Positions 56,855 through 64,000 of a stretch of 64,000 nt of DNA are shown here, one piece after another. Under the pieces are notes generated by a model. It saw only the letters and a list, made by a program, of their open reading frames with translations, did no database searches and was not told where the DNA came from. The stretch lies in NCBI GenBank assembly GCA_015063905.1, contig SVTF01000006.1, forward strand, positions 5,120-69,119, written 5' to 3'. The position numbers and the translations under genes are program-made. Origin of the DNA: Oscillospiraceae bacterium. Lineage in GTDB: Bacteria > Bacillota > Clostridia > Oscillospirales > CAG-272. Each line of letters opens with the position of its first letter. The stretch's first letter is position 1.

Positions 56855-58342
56855 TTATTTCAATCCTTTATAGAAATTATCAAAACCATCCTGTTGGGCA
56901 TTTACGTGTCTTGCAAACCACGATGACAGTCCTCCTTCGGAGCCTGCGGGATTGGTGAGACGCACCATGCATCCTCCAAGTGTTTCCCAGTTCATTGTGT
57001 TGGCAACAGTGGTTGTGTTCTGATAGGTAAATCCAACGTCAGTGCAGACTCCGGCCCAGATAATATCCAGCATTCTGGCGTCATCCGGAACGTCAGCAAC
57101 CTGTTTTCCCAGCACCTTCTCGTAGAAGGTGACCTTAACATTGCTACTGTAGAAGTTATACATCTCAAGCGTTTCGCCCACCATTTTCTTATCCTTAACG
57201 TACGTGGGGATACAGATGTTTCCGCCGTATTGCAAGGCTCTGTACTGCTTTTGATTGCTATCGTACATGGGGAGAGGCAATACACCGAATTCAATGTCAT
57301 AATTGAGATACTCAGGAAGATGTATTGTGTCATACACCGACATAAGAACTCTGTTGGAGGTCAAGGACAGCGCGGTTGAATCGTGAACCACCTTGACGCC
57401 GTAATCCACCCACGCGCACTCCGACTCGGAGAGGTCGGCGAGCTTATTGATGACTGTATCTATTTTCGAATAATACTTGTCACTGTTAAGCATTACCTTA
57501 TATGAACCGCTTGCGTCCTGCTCCATGATATTCATACCCGAAGCGTGTATGTAAGACATATAGGGCTCCCACGCCACCGCGGAATAACCGAATTTATCAT
57601 CATCCGTTTTGCCATCTCCGGTGTTATCGATGTATACCAGATTAGCTATAGCCATCATCTTATCCAGCGTCCACTCATAATCGTCGACAAGCTCATAAGG
57701 TGTTTTTCCTTCAAACACCTCGGCATTTGAATACTGCTCCATCATACCCTTATTGAATGAAATAAGATACGCGAACAGAATGTTACAATCTCCAAATCCA
57801 AGATATCTGTGACCCTTAAGCTCTATTGAATCCATAAAAGGAAGATTCCAATATTCCGCGTCGAGATTGACGGCATCTAGATCATTGAAATCCATAAGAT
57901 AGGATTCGCTGATAAGCTGAGGAATTCCAATATTATAGTGTGACAGCAGCATCTCAAGCGTTCCGTCCTTATTGTTAACGGCATCTCTGAGTATGGCTAT
58001 ATAATCGCTTCGGTTGGTATTGCTATCAACCTTATTTATCATTTCAACTCCGAGATATCTCTTGATCTTTTCCTGTCTTGCGTATACCGCCTCATCCATC
58101 GGGCTTCCGTTACTTTCCTCAAGCACGTAAAACTCGGGGAAGTTGTTGATGGAGCACATATACATAGTGAATTCGGTGCCATAATCATTTCTCTCTACTT
58201 CAGGGAAATAATCATATTCGTCTTCATCCCCCATATCGTCCAACGCACCGTCATCCTTGGCATTATTATTACACCCGATAAACGCAGACAACAGCATAAT
58301 TAGAACCATTACCAACGTCAATAATTTTATCATTCGCTTCAT
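56855..58342 (-). CDS. Extracellular solute-binding lipoprotein (carbohydrate ABC SBP-like), paralog B
   Basis: Lipobox FIGC; WTLDKM, DNTGDGKTDDD, FGVLPLPMYD motifs. Confidence 0.8.
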   Translation of the reverse strand: MKRMIKLLTLVMVLIMLLSAFIGCNNNAKDDGALDDMGDEDEYDYFPEVERNDYGTEFTMYMCSINNFPEFYVLEESNGSPMDEAVYARQEKIKRYLGVEMINKVDSNTNRSDYIAILRDAVNNKDGTLEMLLSHYNIGIPQLISESYLMDFNDLDAVNLDAEYWNLPFMDSIELKGHRYLGFGDCNILFAYLISFNKGMMEQYSNAEVFEGKTPYELVDDYEWTLDKMMAIANLVYIDNTGDGKTDDDKFGYSAVAWEPYMSYIHASGMNIMEQDASGSYKVMLNSDKYYSKIDTVINKLADLSESECAWVDYGVKVVHDSTALSLTSNRVLMSVYDTIHLPEYLNYDIEFGVLPLPMYDSNQKQYRALQYGGNICIPTYVKDKKMVGETLEMYNFYSSNVKVTFYEKVLGKQVADVPDDARMLDIIWAGVCTDVGFTYQNTTTVANTMNWETLGGCMVRLTNPAGSEGGLSSWFARHVNAQQDGFDNFYKGLK

Positions 58343-58553
58343 TTATGTCTCCTTTCAGGCAGTGCATCAATTGCGAACACATCATATACTTTATGATAGC
58401 ATATATTTCGTCGAAGGTCAATACCAGATATAAACTTGCATTTCCAATATATTTACTTTTTAATTATCCCAAAAAGCTTATATTTCCGCCAAAAGCCTTT
58501 AATCAGATGACAAAAGGCTATCGCTATCGTCGACAGCCTTTGTATCATATTTA

Positions 58554-60044
58554 TCAATCTATACCCTTGTAGAAATTATCAAATCCGCCCTGCATAGACT
58601 GAACGTGTCTTGCAAACCAAGAAGCAAGTCCTCCGTCAGTGCTTTCGGGGTTGGTAAGTCTGATAACACATCCAAGAAGGCTATCGTTGCCGCCGTCCGT
58701 GATCAGCTGAGTTGTTGCGTATGTAAATCCAACCTCTGTACAGATGCTATTCCATATGATATCAAGCATAGCAGCATCGTCCGGAACGTCTGCAACCTGC
58801 TTTCCAAGCACCTTCTCGTAGAAGGTAACCTTTACGTTACTGCTGTAGAAGTTGTACATTTCAAGCGTTTCGCCCACCATCTGCTCATTCTTCACGTAGG
58901 TAGGAACGCAAATGTATCCGCCAAACTGCAAGGAACGGTATCCCGTTGTCTCTTTCTGCGCGGAATCGAACATAGGCAGAGGAAGAACTCCAAACTCTAT
59001 CTCATAATCAAGGTATCCCGGCAAGTGCATAGTATCGTATATAGTCATAAGCACTCTTCCCGTTGTCAATGACAAAACCGAGGGGTCGTGAACGACTACA
59101 CACCTGTAATCTACCCACGCAGAGTTTGATTCGGAGAGTTCTGACATTTTATTGATCAGGGTGTCAACTCTGGAATAATATTTATCGCTGTTAAGCACTA
59201 CCTTATAAGAACCGCTCGCATCCTGCTCCATGGAATTCATTCCACACGCGTGAATAAAGGATCTGTAAGGCTCCCACGCGGACGCCGCAAAGCCAAACAC
59301 GTCGTCCTCGCTCTTACCGTCGCCCGTTTTATCCTGATATACAAGGTTTGCTACGGATATCATCTTGTCAAGAGTCCACTCGCCTTCTCTTACCATGTCA
59401 TAGAACGACTTGCCGCCTATAACGTCCGCATCGGCATACTGCTCATACATATCCTTATTAAAGGAAATAAGGTAAGTAAACAGCATATTGCAGTCGCCAA
59501 AGCCAAGGTATCTGTGGCCCTTAAGCTCTATGGTATCCATAAACTCAAGGTTCCAATACTCCGCTTCGAGATCGATTCCATCAATATCATTAAAGTCCAT
59601 GAGCCATTCTCCGCCGATGAGCTGGGGGACACCGCCATTGTAATGCGAAAGCAACGCCTCGAGCGTTCCATCCTTGTTCATTACTGCGGTTTCGAGAATG
59701 GTCGTATAGTTTATCCAGCCAAGCGTGGTATCTTCCTTGTGTATCATATCAACACCAAGGTATCTTTTTACCCTCTCCTGTCTGGTATATACTGCCTCAT
59801 CCATGGGGCTTCCGCTACTCTCCTCGAGTATATAATATTCCGAAAAGTTATTGATAGGCTGCATATACATGCTGAAATCCATATCGTAGTTGTTTTTGTC
59901 TACTTCCGGAAAATAATCATACTCCTCTTCATCATCAATGTCATCGATCACGTTGGATTCCTCGTTTGAGTTACATCCGACAAACGCGGTGAGCAGCATA
60001 ATCAACGCCATTGCCAAAATTAGAATTTTAAACCAAGCTTTCAT
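58554..60044 (-). CDS. Extracellular solute-binding lipoprotein (carbohydrate ABC SBP-like), paralog A
   Basis: Lipobox FVGC; long identical blocks with 56855-58342 (e.g. MVGETLEMYNFYSSNVKVTFYEKVLGKQVADVPDDA). Confidence 0.8.
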   Translation of the reverse strand: MKAWFKILILAMALIMLLTAFVGCNSNEESNVIDDIDDEEEYDYFPEVDKNNYDMDFSMYMQPINNFSEYYILEESSGSPMDEAVYTRQERVKRYLGVDMIHKEDTTLGWINYTTILETAVMNKDGTLEALLSHYNGGVPQLIGGEWLMDFNDIDGIDLEAEYWNLEFMDTIELKGHRYLGFGDCNMLFTYLISFNKDMYEQYADADVIGGKSFYDMVREGEWTLDKMISVANLVYQDKTGDGKSEDDVFGFAASAWEPYRSFIHACGMNSMEQDASGSYKVVLNSDKYYSRVDTLINKMSELSESNSAWVDYRCVVVHDPSVLSLTTGRVLMTIYDTMHLPGYLDYEIEFGVLPLPMFDSAQKETTGYRSLQFGGYICVPTYVKNEQMVGETLEMYNFYSSNVKVTFYEKVLGKQVADVPDDAAMLDIIWNSICTEVGFTYATTQLITDGGNDSLLGCVIRLTNPESTDGGLASWFARHVQSMQGGFDNFYKGID

Positions 60045-60178
60045 TTGTTTCTCCTCTTTGAAGCCTCAGTTGTTAGTAAACATACAAACACATCGTAATT
60101 ATATCATCAAAATCCAATTTCATCAACCAAATTTATAAGATAAAATGTTTCCAATGTGTAAATTTTACCCTATACCCA

Positions 60179-62158
60179 TTATTTTGTCCGTTTAAGACAA
60201 ACTGCAGTTCGCGCAGGCACATATATGCAAAATCCGTGCTTTCCTTCCTTTTTGTCCGTTTTATAAACGTAATCCGTGGATATACGGTCATACCCGCCAA
60301 ATCTCGACTCGTCGGTTGACAAGATCGCCTTATATTTTCCGTATTTTCCCGTTTCCACTCTGAAATCCGTGTAGTACCCATTGGGGCTGAAATTAGCAAT
60401 AAACAACAGTCCCCCGCGCTCGTACACAAGCACCTGACCCTGCTCGTCAACGTTAAGCGGCACGGGCTTGGAATTAAAGATATTCCTTTGAGCAGCAAGC
60501 TTTATCAGCTCGCGGTCAAACTCCGCAAGATAATCGTATTTCAGAGATTTATCGTCCACAAGATGCCATTGACGGCGGCAATATTTGTGGCTCCAGCCGT
60601 TTCCGTCACGCGGGAAGTCTATCCACTCGGGATGCCCGAACTCGTTGCCCATAAAATTGAGATATCCCTCTCCGCCCAAGGTCAAGGTTACCAATCTTAT
60701 CATCTTATGAAGCGCCATTCCGCGCTCGATAATATAGTTATCGTCGCCCTTTTTCATCGAGGTGTACATTTCCTTGTCACAAAGGCGGAACATTATCGCC
60801 TTATCGCCCACAAGCGCTTGATCGTGCGACTCGGAATACCCAATATATTTTTCCATAGGTCTTCTGCTTGTCAGCTCACCAAAAATGCGCCAAACGTTCC
60901 AATCCTCGTCTCTGTGATCTCTTATAAGCTTGATCCAAAGATCGGGCGCGCCCATAGCCAGCCTATAATCAAAGCCTATTCCCCCGTCCTCAATGGCAAG
61001 GCACATTCCGGGCATCGCCGACATATCCTCCGCAATAGTCAGCGCGTCGTGATACACCTCGCGTATCAACTCGTTAGCGAGCTGCAAATAAGTGATTGCT
61101 TCAACGTCTGTATTAAGCGAAAAATACTTTCCGTAATCCATAAACGCCGTACCCAGACCGTGATCGTGATATATCATGGAGGTAACTCCGTCAAAGCGGA
61201 ATCCGTCAAAGCCGTATTCCTCTATCCAGAATCGCAGATTTGACAGCAAAAATCTGATGACCTCGTTTTTATCGTAATTAAAGAGCTTGGTTCCCCAAGC
61301 GGGGTGGTCTCCTCGAGGTCCCTCGTGGAAGAATTGGTACACCGTTCCGTCGAACATATTGAGTCCGTCGCCTACGTTGCCCACCGCGTGCGAATGCACT
61401 ACGTCCAAAAGCACACTTATTCCCATACTGTGCGCCTCGTCGATAAGGTGCTTTAGCTGATTCGGCGTACCGTATTTGGACGACGCCGCAAAGAAGGACG
61501 ACACCTGATAACCGAAGGAGCCGTAATAAGGATGCTCCATTATCGCCATTATCTGCAGCGTGTTATATCCCGCCGCCTTGACGCGAGGAAGGATATTTTC
61601 GCGGAACTCATCGTAAGTTCCTATCTCCTCCTTCTCCTGCGCCATACCGATATGGCACTCGTAAATAAACAGCTTATCCGAAGGCTTCAGGTGCTTTTTT
61701 CTCCACTTATATTCGGGTTCGTCCGAAATAACGCCGCACCAAAGATAAGTCTGCTTGTCCTGAAGCACACGACGGATATATAGCGGAACTCGGCGATGCA
61801 GCTGCCCGCCAAATTCAACGATCGCCTGCACGTGACAGCCGTCCCACAGTCTATCCTTGCCATCAAGATATATTTCAAAAACGCCCCCATCAAGCCTTGA
61901 AAGCTTATGCGCGGTCATATCCCATGAGCAAAAATCTCCCGTAAGATATACGTTGTCCGCCGCGGGTGCCCATTCACGATAGACCCAACCGTTATCCGTT
62001 CTATGAAAACCAAAATACTGATGCGCATCGGCGATGTCCAAAAGCCTGCCGTTACCGCAAAGCTCCGCCTTCTTTTTGGCATAGTTTTCCATCCTTTGCT
62101 CTATATCAGCTTCAAAAGGCAACAAATAAGGATCATATTCAAATATTTTCCAGCTCAT
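60179..62158 (-). CDS. glgB: 1,4-alpha-glucan branching enzyme (GH13)
   Basis: YREWAPAA, IYECHIGMA, MEHPYYGSFGYQVS, DVVHSH, GFRFDGVTSM, AEDMS, ESHDQ, FMGNEFGHPEWIDFPR. Confidence 0.93.
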   Translation of the reverse strand: MSWKIFEYDPYLLPFEADIEQRMENYAKKKAELCGNGRLLDIADAHQYFGFHRTDNGWVYREWAPAADNVYLTGDFCSWDMTAHKLSRLDGGVFEIYLDGKDRLWDGCHVQAIVEFGGQLHRRVPLYIRRVLQDKQTYLWCGVISDEPEYKWRKKHLKPSDKLFIYECHIGMAQEKEEIGTYDEFRENILPRVKAAGYNTLQIMAIMEHPYYGSFGYQVSSFFAASSKYGTPNQLKHLIDEAHSMGISVLLDVVHSHAVGNVGDGLNMFDGTVYQFFHEGPRGDHPAWGTKLFNYDKNEVIRFLLSNLRFWIEEYGFDGFRFDGVTSMIYHDHGLGTAFMDYGKYFSLNTDVEAITYLQLANELIREVYHDALTIAEDMSAMPGMCLAIEDGGIGFDYRLAMGAPDLWIKLIRDHRDEDWNVWRIFGELTSRRPMEKYIGYSESHDQALVGDKAIMFRLCDKEMYTSMKKGDDNYIIERGMALHKMIRLVTLTLGGEGYLNFMGNEFGHPEWIDFPRDGNGWSHKYCRRQWHLVDDKSLKYDYLAEFDRELIKLAAQRNIFNSKPVPLNVDEQGQVLVYERGGLLFIANFSPNGYYTDFRVETGKYGKYKAILSTDESRFGGYDRISTDYVYKTDKKEGKHGFCIYVPARTAVCLKRTK

Positions 62159-62299
62159 AACCGCCTCCGCAAAAAATATTTTCACACTATAATTATACTA
62201 CTTTGACTGTGCATTGTCAAGAATGGCTTTTGTCGACAAACGTATACTTGGTGAATATTATGTAGTGATAAAAAAATTTCAAAAAGTTTTGTAAAGCTA

Positions 62300-62328
62300 T
62301 TGACTTTATTGCTTTAAAGTGATATAAT
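62300..62328 (+). promoter_or_regulatory. Sigma-A promoter of the T-box/trpB2 transcript
   Basis: TTGACT-N17-TATAAT with extended TG. Confidence 0.75.
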
Positions 62329-62337
62329 CCCCATATA

Positions 62338-62660
62338 AACCGTTGATAAAGGGTAAGTAAAGACTGCCTCTTTTTATTCAGAGAGCCGCGGGCGGTGCGA
62401 TCGCGGCAAAAATGCAGGCTTGAATGGACTTTTGAGGGCGATCTGAAACGGGCTTATTCCCAGGCTTTGTTAAAGGCTTGAGTTTTTGCTCGGAGTATGA
62501 AAGACGGAGAGGACGCTCCGTGAACAAAGGTCGGTATATTGAGTATTGACAAAGAATGCTCCGTATATTTCGAGTGGATGTTTTTACATCAAGCAGGGTG
62601 GCACCGCAGGAGATGTTCCTGTCCCGGCAGTATTATCTGTGGGACGGGTTTTTTGTTTTT
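62338..62660 (+). ncRNA. T-box riboswitch, tryptophan-specific
   Basis: Stem I elements AGTA, AGAGA, GGTGCGA; specifier GAA-TGG-AC (TGG at 62425-62427); T-box AAGCAGGGTGGCACCGC (62591-62607); terminator GTCCC...GGGAC plus poly-T. Confidence 0.9.
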
Positions 62661-62724
62661 CGTCCCGCTAAGCCCTAAAAATCGGTCAATGATCGAAAGG
62701 TTTGACGAAAGAGAGGTCAGCGTT

Positions 62725-64000
62725 ATGTCAAACACACAAATACCTTACAAAATTTACATCGATGAGAGCGAGATGCCCCGCGCGTGGTACAATCTGCGCG
62801 CAGATATGAAAAACAAGCCCGCGCCTCTGCTCGATCCCGACACCAAGCAGCCAATGACCGCAGAGCATCTTTCGGGCGTGTTTTGCGACGAGCTTATAGC
62901 GCAGGAGCTTGACGATAAAAACGCATATTACGACATTCCCGATGAAATACGCGATTTTTACAAGATGTACCGTCCCGCCCCGCTGGTGCGCGCTTACTGC
63001 CTTGAAAAAAAGCTTGGAACACCTGCAAAGATATATTACAAATTCGAGGGCAACAACACCAGCGGCAGCCACAAGCTGAATTCCGCCATAGCTCAGGCTT
63101 ACTACGCAAAAAAGCAAGGGCTCGTGGGTGTTACAACCGAAACCGGCGCAGGACAATGGGGTACCGCGTTATCTATGGCTTGCTCCTATTTTGGACTTGA
63201 TTGCAAAGTATATATGGTCAAATGCTCGTACGAGCAAAAGCCCCACAGGCGCGAGGTGATGCGCACGTACGGCGCGTCGGTCACTCCCTCTCCCTCCATG
63301 GAAACAGAAATAGGAAGAAAGATACTCTCAGAGCATCCCGGAACGGTTGGAAGCCTTGGCTGCGCTATATCAGAGGCAGTTGAAAAAGCAAAAGCTACAG
63401 AGGGATACAGATACGTGCTTGGCAGCGTACTAAACCAGGTCATGCTTCATCAGTCTATCATAGGTCTTGAAACAAAGATCGCCCTTGACAAATACGGAAT
63501 CAAGCCCGACGTTATTATTGGCTGCGCGGGCGGCGGATCAAACCTCGGCGGTCTGATCGCTCCTTTTATGGGTGAAAAAATACGCGGCGAGGCAGACTAT
63601 CGCATAATCGCAGTAGAGCCCGAGTCCTGCCCCAGCTTTACCCGTGGGAAATACGCCTATGATTTTTGCGACACGGGAATGGTCTGTCCTCTTTCCAAAA
63701 TGTATACGCTCGGCTCAAGCTTCATGCCGGCACCGACGCATGCGGGAGGTCTGCGCTATCACGGCATGAACTCTACCCTCTCACAGCTTTATTCGGACGG
63801 ACTTATGGAAGCGACTACCGTAAAGCAGACCGAGGTGTTTGCCGCGGCAGAGGAGTTTGCGAGAGTCGAGGGCATACTTCCCGCCCCCGAATCAAGTCAT
63901 GCCATCAAAGTGGCTCTTGACATTGCAAAGGAATGCGCTAAAACGGGAGAGGAAAAGACTATCGTATTCGGGCTTACCGGAACGGGATACTTCGATATGA
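62725..64000 (+). CDS. trpB2: TrpB-like PLP-dependent enzyme (TrpB2), truncated by the window end
   Basis: Hand translation: MSNTQIPYKIYIDESEMPRAWYNLRADM...KFEGNNTSGSHKLNSA...TETGAGQWG...GCAGGGSN...HAGGLRYHG...PAPESSHAI...GLTGTGYFDM. Confidence 0.92.
   Translation, partial: MSNTQIPYKIYIDESEMPRAWYNLRADMKNKPAPLLDPDTKQPMTAEHLSGVFCDELIAQELDDKNAYYDIPDEIRDFYKMYRPAPLVRAYCLEKKLGTPAKIYYKFEGNNTSGSHKLNSAIAQAYYAKKQGLVGVTTETGAGQWGTALSMACSYFGLDCKVYMVKCSYEQKPHRREVMRTYGASVTPSPSMETEIGRKILSEHPGTVGSLGCAISEAVEKAKATEGYRYVLGSVLNQVMLHQSIIGLETKIALDKYGIKPDVIIGCAGGGSNLGGLIAPFMGEKIRGEADYRIIAVEPESCPSFTRGKYAYDFCDTGMVCPLSKMYTLGSSFMPAPTHAGGLRYHGMNSTLSQLYSDGLMEATTVKQTEVFAAAEEFARVEGILPAPESSHAIKVALDIAKECAKTGEEKTIVFGLTGTGYFDM

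Noticed and set aside
2501-61243. Numerous long antisense or alternate-frame ORFs (e.g. 2501-3346, 5209-6237, 24497-25480, 40245-41285, 50734-51696)
   Set aside because: They fully overlap well-supported genes on the opposite strand and show no recognisable motifs; expected from codon bias.
1-64000. Transposases, integrases, prophage genes, tRNA or rRNA genes
   Set aside because: None recognised by eye; a tRNAscan-SE/Infernal run would be needed to exclude small RNAs in intergenic gaps such as 1660-2000.

Overview
Genomic segment of a spore-forming Clostridia (Bacillota) bacterium, judged from the SASP gene, T-box, sigma-A promoters and the yybS-gdpP-rplI-dnaB-tilS-hpt-ftsH order. Housekeeping blocks: rimP-nusA-ylxR-ylxQ-infB; yybS-gdpP-rplI-dnaB-tilS-hpt-ftsH; rsmF-like, mnmM-like, ogg, glgB, asnA, and a Trp T-box controlling trpB2. 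Accessory blocks: an AraC/AEC/TIM-barrel/Gfo-Idh-MocA/GH2 glycoside cluster, a GT8/acyltransferase/CrtO-like operon, a two-component cassette, and two orphan solute-binding lipoproteins. The stand-out is a locus at about 12.5-29.9 kb. Two giant secreted paralogous proteins (about 1638 and 2122 aa) are built from 4 and 7 copies of a roughly 210-290 aa module, mostly linked by Cys/His knuckles. Each is immediately followed by a 41-aa peptide gene with a lasso-type leader (YxxP...T-x-S). The last 29 residues of the two peptides are identical despite 13 synonymous substitutions. An HPr-kinase-like P-loop protein lies between the two units, and a pepF-PqqD/RRE-S26 peptidase-XRE(TM) operon lies downstream, but no lasso cyclase is present. 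This looks like an RRE-dependent peptide (RiPP-like) maturation system coupled to surface proteins. All family assignments come from motif recognition by eye; no database searches were run.
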